A stretch of DNA of 64,000 bases, taken from the NCBI RefSeq assembly GCF_006345805.1, contig NC_043010.1, positions 558,001-622,000 on the forward strand, given 5' to 3'. The number at the start of each line of letters is the position of its first letter. Positions within the stretch are counted from its first letter, which is position 1. Positions 1 to 15,080 of the stretch are shown here, one piece after another. This DNA is from Octopus sinensis. Lineage: Eukaryota. The notes under the pieces were generated by a model, which did no database searches, was not told the DNA's origin, and saw only the letters and a list, made by a program, of their open reading frames with translations. Made by a program: the position numbers and the translations under genes.

Positions 1-250
1 GTCTTTCTTTTTCTTGTTCTTCCTCCTCTTTTTGTTTTTAAAAAAATATTCTATTGTTTCAAGATTTGAATGTTTTTTTATATAATATTTCTAAAAGCTT
101 CCCTCCCAAAAATGGTCCATTCAGTTATTTTTTCTGTAAAAAAAAAAGAATTTTGTAAAAAAATTATGTTAAATAAAACGTAATCTAATGCTGAACCGTC
201 TCCATAGTACTGCCTGACTTAGCTTTAGTTCCTGTCTTTGATCTGTTCAG

Positions 251-398
251 AAGACAGCGGTGCCATCTAAAATCGATGACAAGAAAGACCATCTGACCAC
301 AAACCATTTCAGAAATTGGTCAACTACATTTTCTGATTCTGACACTGGCTGTGGCTGGAAAGAGGGAGACACCGCTAGACTCTACGAAGAATTACCAG
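251..398 (+). CDS. Internal coding exon of an unidentified host gene (KTAVPSKIDDKKDHLTTNHFRNWSTTFSDSDTGCGWKEGDTARLYEELP + 1 nt G)
   Basis: Pyrimidine-rich acceptor ...cctgtctttgatctgttcag at 250; 148-nt open, non-repetitive, GC-richer sequence; donor CCAG|gtaggc after 398 (phase 1). Overlaps ORF 260..457. Confidence 0.75.
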
Positions 399-799
399 GT
401 AGGCCATCAAAAGTAAAAAAAAAAAACACACAAAAACCAAAAAATATAAATAATTAACAATAATAATAATGATGATGATGATGATGATGAAATTTGAAAG
501 CAAACAAACAAAAATAATAATATAATAAATAAATAAAAATATAATGAAAAATTTTCATTTTATATTTAACCAAAAATAACAAAAGAAGAAAGGAAATGAA
601 ATTCAATTTAGTGATAAAACGGAATATATAGTAGTTGAAAGGAAATTAAAAATAGATGAATATTTCATTTATAAATCAATAAATATATATTTGTTAATTA
701 ATAATTTTTCTCCAGGTACATAATTTACCTGGAGAACAGTAATTAAATATCAATTATGAAAATAATTTCTACAAAAGAAATTATCTGCATATATGTATG

Positions 800-841
<42 letters not shown>

Positions 842-1073
842 TATACATACACGCACACATACACACATACACATAATATATATATAATTTCTGGGCTGGT
901 GTTTGTAGTTCCTCTCCCATTATCCAATTTTATTTCAAACGGTCTAATATTATTTTTTTGTTTGTTGCATTTGTGTCAGTTGTGTTTTAGCCCTTAACCA
1001 AATTTAATATCTTAGTTTATATATACATACATACACACATGCTCACACATATATGTATGTGTATGTATGTATG

Positions 1074-1111
<38 letters not shown>

Positions 1112-1524
1112 TACACACACTCTCTCTCTCTCTCTCTCTCACACACATACACATAAACACATTCTCATATATATATATATGTGTATGTACACACACATTT
1201 ATATATTGTTATATTTGTTGGCAGAATCTTGAGGGCATCGTATAAAATGCCTTGTGCTGCTAGTTAGTTCAGTACCTAAATGCTTTAGCTTAAATTCCCA
1301 GCCAAGATCAGCTTTGTCTCTCATTCTTCTAGAACTCATAAATTAAGTGCTAGTCAACTTCTGATCTATTAATTAATTCTTCCCTCCTCGCAAGTTTTGG
1401 TCTTGTATCACTGTAAAAGATCAACATTATATTATTCAATATTTAGTTAATTATTTGTTGGGTTCAATAAATATTATTAAAATTTTTATTCAGGTGAATT
1501 TCCTTTCAACTCGTGAAATTAACA

Positions 1525-1746
1525 TGTAAATGGCTGAGTATACCAAAGATACATGCATTCTTTAATATGTATCTCAAGCTATAAATGGCTGAATATACCA
1601 AAGACACATGCATTCTTTAATATGTATTTCAAGCTGTAAATGGCTGAGTATACTAAAGACACATGCATTCTTTAATATGTATCTCAAGCTGTAAATGGCT
1701 GAGTATACCAAAGACACATGCATCCTTTAATATGTATCTCAAGCTG
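1525..1746. repeat. Minisatellite, 4 x 55 bp, amplified from an interspersed-repeat segment
   Basis: Units start at 1525, 1580, 1635 and 1690; a related single-copy version lies at about 13977-14033. Confidence 0.9.
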
Positions 1747-1834
1747 AATCAATGACATATATTACGTAACAAAGTTGGACCTTTGAATTACAGATGCAAC
1801 TCAGAAAGAGAAAGAGGGAGAAGTAGATAGATAA

Positions 1835-1871
<37 letters not shown>

Positions 1872-2289
1872 TAAGAGAAGAGAGAAATTATGTAGCACTG
1901 GCTTGACACTTTATTTATTGCCCCTCCCCCTACCATCCCCTGAGAGGATGAAAGGTAAAATTGATCAGAGCAATAACTTAACTCAGGTCACAGTAAGATG
2001 CAATGAATACTGTAAAGCATTTAAACCAATGTTCTCATGATTCTGCTAATTGATATTCTTAATTAAAATACAGGGCAGAAAACTGACAGAAGCTGTAGAG
2101 TTTCAGACTAAATACGTTTTGATGTTTAGTTATACATCTTCCTTTAGGTTCAGGGCTCAAATGCCATTGAGGCTGATTTTGCATTTGATTCTTTTAGGGA
2201 CCGGTAAAATAAAGTACCAGTCATGTAGTGGTGTTGGATCAGAGTTGAAGACAGTTCTGAGGATAAAATGTAACTTGATTTATTAAAGA

Positions 2290-3180
2290 TATAATGTAAC
2301 AAAAAACTGAGCTGAAACAGGAAAGCCTTGGATGTCAGACTAAGAGAGGACAAGAAAAAACCCCTACAAAGCCAATACCTGCAAATGGAGAAACAAAGAA
2401 ATGGGTAAAGGAAATTCTAGAATTTACTGAGAATCACAGAACTCAAAGCTGCTTTTGAAGGTTTTTTTTTTTTTGGTTTTTTATTGCAGCACAAAAGTGA
2501 AGCTGCCCAATGAGAAGTTCTCAGAAACATAGAATAAGACAAAACAATGTGTAACTGTAGAATAAATGAAGTTTGGGAAGAAACAACTGATCATTTTCTT
2601 TGTATACTCAGAGGAAAATAAATCTACATGTGTGTGTGTGTGTGTGTATACAAATATGTATGTATATGTGTATTGACAAAGCCCAGGGAGGCAGAAATTT
2701 TCAGTGATCATTTTCTCTACCAGTGCTGGACGATTTTTGCCTGTTGCTGGCGCAGTTTTGTGCTTTTAAATACAGAGCTGAATAACTGAGTTGGAGCTTA
2801 TATACAGTGGAAATTATGCCAACTTCATGAAATACTGATAGAAAAAGGATAACAGAAATATATGCCAGGAAAAAATCTTAGAGAATGACACAACAACCAT
2901 ACTCTGGGATAAGGCACCAATTACACACTTACAAGAGGATGAAGGAAATTTGACAAGATGCTGTTATGAAGGACTTTCTGATTATGAAGTGTATCCTTCA
3001 AAGTACCAATCCCAAGCTGACAATAATTTATCTCTAAATGAAGCAAGGAAACCATCAAAATATAAGATCTGGAAATAGAGATAACCATAATATTTTAAGA
3101 AATTAATCCTTAGACTTTCCAGTGTCATTGGAATGATTAAAACTGCAGAAAATACAGATCCTTCAGCTTTCATATAATGC
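2290..3180 (+). mobile_element. Highly degenerate R4/Dong-like RLE fragment
   Basis: Remnants ILENDTTTILWDKAPI (about 2875) and ADNNLSLNEARKPSKYK/LEIEI (about 3015-3085). Confidence 0.55.
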
Positions 3181-3825
3181 ATAGTAAGTAACCAAGTAAG
3201 TAAGTACTAACTCGAGTTCTTGGACTCATAGGGCTGGTTACCAGGGTTCTATGGCATAAAAATGACCATGATTCCATCATTCCTCATGAACAGGACATTA
3301 GTCCATTGAACAGTTACTCATTCACAACTAAGAAAACTGGTCCAACGTGAAATGGAGTGTTTTACTCAAAAACACAATTTACTGCCTGGCCTAAGAAATG
3401 AAACCATGATCTTGTGATTGAGAGTGCAACACTCTAACCATTAGGCCATATGCCTTCACTTAATGCAAATGCAACAAATAGCAAATAGCACTACCAGATA
3501 ATGAAAAGTACTGTAGCCGCTGTGTGTGGAAGTCCATCTTGGGCATTGCTTTTATGGGGGTAACCATTTTTTGAGCCTGCCATATAAGCTTACATAGGTT
3601 GTATAGGCCTAGAGGGGTGAAGTATGGGGGTAAAGCTCAGTGGGGTGGTTCCCCAGACAACATGCACTCTAGCTGTGCCACTGATTATGTAAGCATACAT
3701 TATGTACAGCAGTGTTAAAGTATTCCTAAAATACAAGAGCATAACACCAAGGTGCACATATACAACGCTGCCCTCGGTAATGTAGTGAAAGTACGCAATA
3801 AAACAGGACTACTTTTAATAATAAT

Positions 3826-3990
3826 CACCATCTTCCCCATCACCACCATCACAACCGCCACCTCCACCATCACCATCTTCCCCATCACCACCATCACAAC
3901 CGCCACCTCCACCATCACCATCTTCCCCATCGCCACCATCACAACCACCACCACCACCATCACCATCTTCCCCACCACCACCATCTTCAC
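3826..3990. repeat. About 3.5 x 45-bp CAC-rich tandem repeat
   Basis: caccatcttcccca recurs at 3826, 3871, 3916 and 3961. Confidence 0.85.
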
Positions 3991-4449
3991 CACTGATATC
4001 ACTCTCATCACCACTACTACCATCATCACCTTCACCGCCGCTGCCACCACCACCACCATCAAACGTTTAGTGTAGTGGATTGGCAGAATCAGTGGAGCAC
4101 TAGACATAAATGCTTTGCAGTATTTAGTTGTCTTCCTTTACATTCTGAGTTCAAATCCCGCCAAGGCTGATGTTGCCTTTTATCTTTGTAAGGAATTGAT
4201 AAGCTAAAATTAAGCATCAAGTAATTGTGGGAGACGAGGGGAATGGGATAGCAGGGGGGGGGGGCAAGTTTGGGTGATGATGTAATTAACCATTCTCTTA
4301 CCCCCCACTTCCCACCACAGAACTTTTGGTCTTGTGCCTCTGTTAGAAATCATTATTATCATTTATTATTATTATTATTGGTTTTGTTGTTGTTGCGTGC
4401 TTTCACTGCAATGTCTTAACTGTATCTTCAAACTTTCACTGCGTAATTA

Positions 4450-5160
4450 AATGCAGCTATGTATGCTTTAAGCATGTGCAGTGTCTCTCTGCTTTGTTTA
4501 CTTTATTGTGCAATTTGTATTGTATTAAAAGTATTTCAGTCAGAAGAGTTATTATCTAAATGTTGTATTGTGTTGTGTTGTTGTGTACATTCTAGGCCCT
4601 TTGTTAAGAGATTGGTTTGCAGCCCCACTTTTTTTAATAATTCCTAAGGCACCTACTTTTACAAAAATTGTTTCTGTTTTCAATCCCCACATTCCAGATC
4701 TTTCTATTTGGATAGTTTCGCCATTTATTATTTATTCCAGAGATATATTATCATCATCTGTTGACAATGACACAAGGATTTTGGAAGAGTTTTGCTTGAT
4801 GCTACTTTGACAATAATGCCCATGAAATATTCCTTAATCTACTTGTCTCTGTGAATCATGGCATCTGGTTATTTTGTCTTTGCATAAATATTCTTTGTGC
4901 TGTGTGTTTCAATCACCTCTTGTCTGTTAGTAATCCATAATAACTGGCTTTGTTTCCAGTGAATGAAACATCAAACTCTGTCAGGCTTATGTAAATACTC
5001 TGCTTTGAATAAATCTAGGCTGCTAGAAGCAATGTCACTAATTGTTTCTCAATAACTTCCACATATGTTACATACAACATTTGATTGCATAAAGGTTGTG
5101 TGGGCAGGTCAGATGCATCCCAATTTCAGCAGTGCATATTCAAGAACAAAATTTTCAGTG
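4450..5160 (-). mobile_element. Degenerate R4/Dong-like 3' fragment (zinc knuckle and RLE)
   Basis: Minus translation gives remnants CNICGSY*ETISDI...EYLH...IHWK and MWGLKTETIFVKVGALGIIKK. Confidence 0.6.
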
Positions 5161-5182
5161 CATTAAAACATGTAATATTTAA

Positions 5183-5404
5183 CCCTTTTGATACCAACCT
5201 AGCTGAAACGGCCTCTGGCTCTGTAGTACAAATGTCATGGTTTCAAAAGTTCTGAATTAAAATCTTCCACCAAACCTTAGCCACAATTTATGTTCCTAAC
5301 ACTAGCTTAATGATAGCTAAGTTATTTTACTAAATTCTTTGTTATATTTAAAATTAATTGAAAGAAACACAGAGCGTCTCAAAATAAATATGGTAACGAA
5401 AGGG
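5183..5404. mobile_element. piggyBac-type MITE
   Basis: TTAA-cccttttgatacc ... ggtaacgaaaggg-TCAA: imperfect 13-bp TIRs and a TTAA-like TSD. Confidence 0.7.
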
Positions 5405-6468
5405 TCAAAGCAGTGTATCGGTACATTACAAAACATAACAAAAGTACCTCAGCTGTAAGAGAAAATATTGCTGAGTATAAAAAATGAATATTATCACGGA
5501 GCCAGGCTATAAAGTGGCAAGCTGGCAAAATTGTAACTGCACCAGGCAAAATGCTTAGTGGCATTTCATTTGTCTTTATGTTCTGAGTTCAAATTCTGCT
5601 GGGGTCGACTTTGCCTTTCATCCTCTTGAGGTTAATAAAATAACTATTTGACTTACTCTCATCCTCAAATTGCTAACTTTGTGCCAAAATTCAGCACCAT
5701 TATTATGGAGTCAGACTAGGTATAAGAAATGGTGTGGATTAAAAAGCATAAGGGACAAAATTAGTTCTTTGGAGGCTCAACTTCACATATAAGGTTCCAT
5801 GTTGATTTTTTGGAGACATTTTTAAGGGAAGAAAGTGCATCTTATATGCCATCAAATATGGTAACCTACTTCTTTATAATAGTCTACTGGGAAATCTTTA
5901 GACTTTGATGTTATCAGAAACCATTGATTCCAGAGATGAATCCTGTGATTCTTAGCCATTGTTTTAGCTGCTACTACTTTGATCAGCCTTGTCTGTTATT
6001 AGCCATACAAAGGGGTTTTCTAGCCAATGTTTAAGGATGGCATTTTGTAAACCTGATTTTAACGTATGTTTTCAGTTTATTAATACTTCCTCCAGTTGAT
6101 TCTTCATCTTCCAAGTTATCTCAAAGCTTCTCTTTTAATGTTTGCTGGCCACGTCCAACATTGAAAATGTTTTTGTTTGTTGTTATATTGCTTTACACTT
6201 TTTCTGAGTTCAGTCATTGAACAGCGGCCATGTTGGTGCAATATCTTTGAGGGGTTTCTTTTCAGTCCATCACATTGATCCCACCACTTAATTCATTTTG
6301 GTGCTTATTTTACTGATCTTTATCAAATTGCTAAGTTCAGTTTTAATTTCTACGTCAACGGATGTAAATATATACACCAGTTTAAACCACTAGACATAAA
6401 TGGAGACACAGGCATATATACAAATGCTCACACACATGCATGCACACTGCACACACACACACACACAC

Positions 6469-6516
<48 letters not shown>

Positions 6517-7089
6517 GAGGTGTAAATATTAGTGTATGCAGTAGAAAAAATACAAGTACTCAATACTGTAAGTGAAGTTAATAATTTCTTTGAAGGTGGA
6601 ACTTCACAAATTGTTTCTCTGCTTTTCTCGGTGATCTTCAGACGATTATGAAAAGTAGGACCTTCATGACTTCATGATTCTTCACCATTTATTTGCCTTT
6701 ATTTTTTACTAAATATTTTTGTAGTCCTTTGGTGGATATTTTATAACAATTTTCTCGCTGCCTTTTTGGCACATATAAACTGTTTACATTAGTTTTTTTA
6801 AACCAACTGTGGGTATTTAATAACAATTTTCTTTCTGCAGTGCTTGGGTGGAGTACTCACAATTTCAAGGTCATGATTTCGATATCTGTACCAGGCAGTG
6901 TGTTGTGTTCTTGAACAAAGCATTTCATTTTGCATAACCCCCCCTACTCAACTGTAAATAAGTAACTCCACAGTTGATTAGCTTCCTGTTGATCTCAGCT
7001 ATGGCAACTGGGTAATCAGCCCTATAAATCCATGACGTGAGACAGTAACATCAGGGAGTTGATGATGACGATGGTGATGATAAAGGGGT

Positions 7090-7710
7090 TCTTATATTAT
7101 TGTATCTATAATAAATATAAATTGTCTTCATTTTTTCTTGTTTTTGATTGGTTCATTGACAATTTTCCTTGTTTTTTCCTATTCCGTTTTCTTGATCCAT
7201 TTAGCTTCCAGTTGAGACAATCATCATTGTAATGTAATGCGCAAACAGCTGGGATACTGATACTTAACATCTTATCATTAGCATTCTGTTTTGATTTTAA
7301 GTATTAATTGAGTACATCATTAATATTCCTTTGTAGTATTTTCTTTCATTTAAGTGTATTTGTACGCTGTCTAGTTAATTAATTCTTAAGTATTTGTAAG
7401 TCTGTATTTGGTCTAATTATCTTTGTTTTATATCTTTTTATCAATCATGATATTGCTGTTTTTTTATTTATAATTATTGTTATTGATGTTTTTTTCTTTC
7501 ATTAAGATGATTTGACCAACTAACAAAATTTCATACTAGTTTCTCTACTGAATCTGTGTACCGTATCTAAGAAGGCTTCCTGTTGTTTTATAGTCTTTCC
7601 TGCATACAACTTGAGGTCGTCAGTATACTGTTAATGGTTGATAGTCATGCCATAGCATGGAAGTCTATTTCCAGTCTGCTTTAGAATATTACTTAAAGGT
7701 CTTAGCTCTA
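7090..7710 (-). mobile_element. Degenerate R4/Dong-like reverse transcriptase fragment
   Basis: Minus translation LRPLSNILKQTG...NH*QYTDDLKLYAG...FLDTVHRFSRETSMKF, later ILKSKQNANDKML...LNWK; many stops. Confidence 0.7.
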
Positions 7711-7779
7711 AATAGAAAATAAGTGGAGACATAGATAGATAGAAAGATATACATATACATAAGTGTGTGTGTGAGAGCC

Positions 7780-8300
<521 letters not shown>

Positions 8301-10156
8301 GGCTTTTGTCTTTTAATTGTTTCAGTCATTAGACTGCAGCCATGCTGGGGCACCACCTTGAATTTTAGTTGAATGAATCAACCTTAGTACTTATTCTATC
8401 AGTCTCAACAAATTTAAATGATTATTCTGGAGCATATTCACCATCTACTTCAATTACCACTTCCCATTCGCTTGGCAGGTGGTCAGACCGTCATTTAAAC
8501 ATGTTTTTGTTAAATATTGTTATTATTTTTGTTGAATAAAATTTTTTGAAAAAAATCCACTATAATTATACACCAACACAATATATATATAAACAACAGT
8601 AGCAATCATTCCTTCCTGGACTGCCACATTATGTTGGTGAATAGCCTTTACTTATATATATATATATATACATACATGCATATATATATATATATATATA
8701 TGAAGCAAGGGCACCAGAGAAATATGTCCTGTGTTTCACATGTAATACACAGAACAAGCAAAGGGTCAAGGTGTTAGCATTGTGATTTGTCTAAGGTTTC
8801 TAACTGATTGAGCTTCTTCATAGAGTCTCCTTTCTTTTTATATGAAATGAAAAGGGAACTTTGCTGGGATTTGAAACAGGGATACAAATGGTTTCACACA
8901 GCAATAATAAAAATTTCTGATACATTAGAAATAAGAATATTGATTTCTAAAGTAGACTCACTTCCATGATTATCAGTTGAGAGGTTAGTTAATTAGATTC
9001 ACTGGTATTTACTTAATATTGTGAAGCCCAGAAGGATAAAAGGCAAAGTTGACCTTGATGAGATTTTAAACTCAGAAATGCAAATGAGTTTTCAATGTAA
9101 ACGACATGATAGAGATAATAACATTGACAATGATGATGATGAGGGTGATGTTTGATGACTTCTATGACAACGATGATGAGGATGTTAACGATCATGGTGA
9201 TAATGATGATGAGGTAATGATGAGGATGATAATGATGGTGATAATGATGATGGTGATGATGACAGATGATGATAATGAGGATGATGACAGTTATGATGAT
9301 TATGATGGTGGTGATGATGATAGTGATGATGATGCTGGTGATAATGATGATGGTGATAATGATGATGGTGATGATGATGACAGTGATCACAATGATCATG
9401 GTGGCGACAATGAAGATGGTAATGATGATGATGATGATAGTGATGACAACGATCGTGACGGCGACACTGAAGATGGCAATGATGACAACGATGATGATGA
9501 CAATGATGATGAAGATGATGATGATGAAGATGATGATGATGAGGCTGATGTTTATGATAATGACAACAACGATGCCGATGAAGAAGGTGAGTGAGAATAG
9601 GAAGAAGAAAACGCTGAGGATTCCGTCAAGACTTGCTCTTCCTTAACCACAATCTCCTGCAATAATTTCATTTGTCAGCAATAGAATATACAGCCCGAAC
9701 TCAGCTGCACCCCACTCTCCCTTTACACACACAATACACACATACAAAAACAACAGAAAATGCCGAAACAAACCCCACCACCAAACCTGCCGAGGGTGAC
9801 GGGGATGGGGTGGGGGTGAAGTGTTTGTTGAAGAATGGAAATAATAAAAGGAAATTATAAGAAATAAATTCAACTAAAGGCCTTCTCTGAAATAACCTCT
9901 ATTCTTTGTTTCCAATAAACATAATAGAATTTTTCCTTAATTTACCGAAATTGCTGCAAGACTTTCCTTCCTTTATCAACTGTTCACTGCTTGAAGGGGG
10001 ACTGGCTCTTGTGAGAAATGCTTTCCCCACCTGCCATCCATCTCTCCTGTTTTCCACCTCCTCTCTCTCTCTATATATATATATGTTCTGAGTGAGTGTG
10101 TATGTTTATAAAGTATGTATGTAGATAATATACATATGTGTATAAATGTATATATA

Positions 10157-10190
<34 letters not shown>

Positions 10191-10416
10191 ATGTGTGTGT
10201 GTGTATATATATATGCATACATGTATATATGTGTGTGTGTATAATATATATATGTATATGTGTATATATATATATGTGTGTGTGTGTGTGCGTATAATAT
10301 AGATATATGTGTGTGTGTGTGTGTATAATATATATATGCGTATGTATATGTGTATATATATATAATTTATGTGTGTGTATATATATATATATATATATAA
10401 TATATGTGTGAGTGTG

Positions 10417-10449
<33 letters not shown>

Positions 10450-11240
10450 GTGTGTGTATATATATATATGCATATATATAATATATATGTGTATGTACGC
10501 ACAACACACACACACACTTACACACACATGTCCACAGAGCTTATATTTTTTCATTCTTACTCTCTCTCTCTCTCTCTCTATCATATTTTCCATTGCCCTC
10601 CAACCGTTTTTGTTATTATTATTGGTGGCTTCCTTTCTTTTCCCTGATACTCATCATTCCTCTCTCTCTCTCTCTCCTTTCACTCACTCTCCTTCACACT
10701 CTCCTATTCTTGCTCTCATTCAATTTTTCTATCCTTCTCTTTTATTTCCCCTATCTCTCTCTTTCTCCCTCTCTTTCCTAGTCTTTTCCTTTCATCTCAA
10801 AATCTTTTTAGTCTTCTCGAAGTTCTTGCCTTCTTCTATTCTTCTGTTTTGCCTTCTTAAAATTATTTTTCATATTCTCTCTGATCCTCCGCACTTTCTT
10901 CTCCCTACCTTCCTTTTCCTTCCCTTTTTTATACCCCTTGTTTCTTCTTCTTCTTCTTCTTCTTCTTCTTCTTCTTTTCTTTTTCTTCTTCTTCTTCTTC
11001 TTCTTCTTCTTCTTCTTTTTCTTCTTCTTCCTTCTTCTTCTTCTTTTTCTTCTTTTTCTTCATTCTTCCACTACCACCACCACTACCACCACAGCCACCG
11101 CTGCCACCACCACCGCCACCACTGCTGCTGCCACCGCCACCGCCACCGCCACCGCCGCAACCAGCACCACCACCAGCAGCACCACCACCACCACCTTTAA
11201 GATTCTTTGGCCAGGAGATTGACATAACATTTGTTTATAG

Positions 11241-11293
11241 ACATCAGCTCAAGACCAGGTTGGTCAGTAGAACAACAGATCAGAGAAGTATGA
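11241..11293 (+). CDS. Candidate alternative terminal exon A: (G)AC... = DISSRPGWSVEQQIREV*
   Basis: Branch-like cataac plus tttgtttatag acceptor; phase 1 matches the donor at 398; shares DISSR with the exon at 13341. Confidence 0.6.
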
Positions 11294-11607
11294 AAGCAAA
11301 CCGTTTAGTGAAGACGGTGGACACCTCTCACTTGCAAGCTGTTCTATGCAGGGCCACATAAAGCACACCTCTTGGTCACTTCAGTTGCTTGTCAGTATTT
11401 CCATGAGAGAAAAGTCACATGGAAATGTCTTTCATATTGCAATACAGCTTTTCCCAAAGACAAGGGGAAAGGGAGAGGGGATGGGAAGGCAGGGTGGAGG
11501 AGGAGGAGAAGGAGGAGAGAGAGAGCAGATGATAAAGAAACTACCCTAGTATTTGACTGGTACTGTATTTATTTACCCAAAAGGATAAAAGGCATAGTCA
11601 GAATGAT

Positions 11608-12037
11608 TTATCTTTTATCTTTTACTTGTTTCAGTCATTAAACTGTGACCATGCTGGGGCACCATCTCGATTTTTTCATCTAATGAATTGACCCCAGTAC
11701 TTCTTTTATTTTGAAGCCTGGGTTTCTATCAATCTCTTTTGCTGAAGCGCTTAGTTATGAGGATTTAAACATATCAACACCAATTGTCAAGCAATGGTGA
11801 AGGTCAAACACAGACACAAGACATACCCCCATGCGCATGCATACACACACACAAACCCACGCACACATATATATATATGATGGGCTTCTCTCAATTTCCG
11901 CCTACCAAATCTACTCACATGGCTTTGGTCAACCTGAGGCTATATTAGAAAACACTTACCCAAGGTACCATGTTGTGGGACTGAACCCGGAACCATGTGG
12001 TTGGGAAGCAAGCTTCTTACCACACAGCCACGCCTGT
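11608..12037 (-). mobile_element. SINE family B, diverged
   Basis: Reverse complement of family B from tail to head. Confidence 0.8.
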
Positions 12038-12069
12038 AAAAGAATGTGTGAGTATGTCTGAGTAAAGCT

Positions 12070-12402
12070 GCCAGTAAAGTAAAAATTTTGCATTATATAG
12101 CTTGTTATTCTCTTTAACTGAACATTTTTCTGGTTGAAATACACCGAAAAATGGCGACACAGTAGTAAAAAAATCGTAAAAAATAAGGATTTTCTTAGAA
12201 AAAAAGCACCTTTTTGATGTAAATAATTTTTGTTGTTAACATGGTCCAGTTTGAATTTTTTTCTACGGAAGGAAGAGCAAGCCTTCTTCTATCATACTCT
12301 CAATTTTAGTCAACTTGCGCTGCAGGGTCTTGGAGGCGATAGTGTTAGTTGAAGGCTACCAAACCTGCCATACACAGGCAACTTCAGCTTTATATAGAGA
12401 GA
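12070..12402 (-). mobile_element. Helitron-like 5' fragment
   Basis: Minus strand begins A|TCTCTCTATATAAAGCTGAAGTTG, a typical TC...TATATAAA Helitron start. Confidence 0.4.
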
Positions 12403-13045
12403 TGTGTATATGAACTACAACATTGCAGATGTACATGTCATGATCAAGAGAGGCATAAGGCTGATAACAGGATATGAACCATGGCTCCTTCTGGTTCCTT
12501 CTGATTCCTTCAGTGCTTTTTCTAAAAGATACAACTTAAAGAGGAAAAACAAAAAGAAAAAAGCAACCAGAAAAGAAGGACAAAAGAAGAATTGCTCGAA
12601 GAAAAATGTATAAAGCATAAAAGTGAGTTATTCCTCTGCAAAATATATTTAATCAGACCATCACAAGAGGGGAAAAAAAAGCGAAATGTGAAAATCTTTC
12701 TAAAAATTTGTATGAAACTTGGTACATTATGGCTGCCATTTTGCTATTGCTGGTAAGAAAATATCTGACATGAACTTGTCTTGTTCGAAGTAAGACAGGT
12801 GTATAGAATTTAATTTATTTTTGCAGGATGACAAGGAAACAAGTTAGACAAGAATAGAGACAGAATGGATTTATGTTGGCTTTTCTTTGTCAGTTTCCTT
12901 TAAGAAATACTAGCTTTCTTTAGATTTACATATGACAGATCTCAAATTGTAACCAGAGTAGGAAGAGAGTAATGGTAGTTAAATCTAATTGTATATTGTC
13001 AAACATATGTATGCACACATACTGTGAGGGTATATATATATATGA

Positions 13046-13096
<51 letters not shown>

Positions 13097-13340
13097 AATA
13101 TATGAAATGACATTTTTTACACATATACACATCTACTTACCTACATTTCCTGCCAGCCTGCCTACCTACCTACCTACCTACCCGCCAATCTATCTATCTA
13201 TCTATCTTCATATATGTACATATATATATACACACACACAAACACATACACACACACATTCAAATTTTGTATAAGAATCATGCTGTAATTATTGATGTCA
13301 CATACTTTATGTGTGTATGTTGTTTTCAAAACATTTTCAG

Positions 13341-13387
13341 CTGATATTTCATCCAGGGAAGGTCCCTTTAAAGATTCCGAGTGTTAA
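13341..13387 (+). CDS. Candidate alternative terminal exon B: (G)CT... = ADISSREGPFKDSEC*
   Basis: Acceptor ttttcaaaacattttcag; phase 1; DISSR shared with exon A but using different codons; followed by about 500 nt of unique UTR-like sequence. Confidence 0.65.
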
Positions 13388-14034
13388 AAAACACAGAATA
13401 CTTCAAAGCCAGGCAAAATGAATTGAGCTGGAAGTGAATGAGAATCACAAATACTGATATTTTGCAGCTATTTCTGCTCCTCAGTGCCACACACTTGATA
13501 TTTCCCTTGAAATGAATTTGAATTACAGAGGCCCATCATTTAAATTCATTGCAAGGGTGATTTAAGTATATGGCACTGGCAAGCAGAAACAACTGAATTC
13601 TCAATATCTGTCATTCTTGCTCACCTCTGGAGTGGTTCGTTTTTGCCTCTGTTTTTCTAAATGAACCTTTCCAAGACAAAAATAGCTCAGCCTAAAAGTG
13701 TTCAACAACACAAATTAAGTGTGTGATGCCGATAAAGTTTGCATTCCATAAGCTGCTTCTAACACAGAATTGAATTTTGTTTTACTTGTGTGGCAGTGTT
13801 CACATCAGTAAATAGATTTTATGCAGTCTGTATGTTTGTATTGTGTATTGAGTACAAGATTTCAAAGTAGTCCATTTTGAGGCAACCAAATTCAACAAAG
13901 ATAATATATATATTTCTGGCCCTTCATTAGTTATGACAACGAGGGTTCCAGTTGATTGAATCAATGGAACAGCCTGCTCGTGAAATTAATGTGCAAGTGG
14001 CTGAGCATTCCACAGATGCATATACCCTTAATGT

Positions 14035-14350
14035 GGCAGCGAGCTGGCAGAAGCGTTAGCACGCCGGGCAAAATGCTTAGCAGTATTTCGTCTGCCGCTA
14101 CGTTCTGAGTTCAAATTCTGTTGAGGTCGACTTTGCCTTTCATCCTTTCGGGGTCGATTAAATAATTACCAGTTACGCACTGGGGTCGATATAATTGACT
14201 TAATCCGTTTGTCTGTCCTTGTTTGTCCTCTCTGTGTTTAGCCCTTTGTGGGTAGTAAAGAAATAGGTATTTCGTCTGTTGTTACATTCTGAGTTCAAAT
14301 TCTGCCGAGGTTGACTTAGCCTTTCATCATTTCAGGGTCGATTAAATAAG
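14035..14350 (+). mobile_element. SINE family A with partial internal duplication
   Basis: ttctgagttcaaattctg...gcctttcatc occurs at about 14103 and again at about 14288. Confidence 0.8.
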
Positions 14351-14507
14351 CATAACTTAGCAGATCAACAAAAGGGATCGATAGAATAAGCACTAGGTTT
14401 ACAAAGAATAAGTCCTGGGGGTCGATTTGTTGAACTAAAGGTGGTGTTCCAGCATGGCCACAGTCAAATGACCGAAACAAGTAAAAGAATAAAAGAATAT
14501 ATATGTA

Positions 14508-14589
<82 letters not shown>

Positions 14590-15080
14590 CACACACACTC
14601 ACACTATAAGTACACATGCACTATATACACATACATCTACACAAACACAAACAACACACACACACAAATGGCTTAAGCTGATGTTCTATTCAATTTTCTA
14701 TTTGAAATGACAGAAATCATATGATTTAGATGCAGTGTTATATGTTTTTCCACAAACAATTTAGAAGTTAAATATATTGGTTTGCTTGTAATAAATTGGA
14801 TAGAAGTTGCATACACGGGCATACAAACACACAAACACATGGAGATAAGCAGTTATTGCTTTGCACAAATATATACATGCAGTCAATTTCATATACAGAT
14901 AGGCTTATCTTAATACTTATGATACATACATACAAGTATATATACATTCATATTTACTTTCGTTCATTCATATATACGTACACACATACATACATACACA
15001 CATACAGATACATTCATACATCCTTGTGAAAGGATTTGGTAGATGGAAACTGAAAGAAGCCCTTCATATATGTGAATAAA

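Noticed and set aside
6605-6645. Further hammerhead-like traces (also about 39635-39670, 46585 and 51207-51218)
   Set aside because: Only one core box, or no valid helix I or cleavage triplet; too degenerate to call.
9106-9646. Asp-rich and Met-rich ORFs with a donor-like gaag|gtgagt
   Set aside because: Degenerate (GAT)n tract like those at 25.1, 33.7 and 52.8-53.6 kb; open in several frames simply because of composition.
12429-12613. Phase-1 open frame DVHVMIKRG... after ttgcag as another terminal exon
   Set aside because: No polypyrimidine tract, abuts a Helitron-like end, and the peptide ends in A-rich low complexity.
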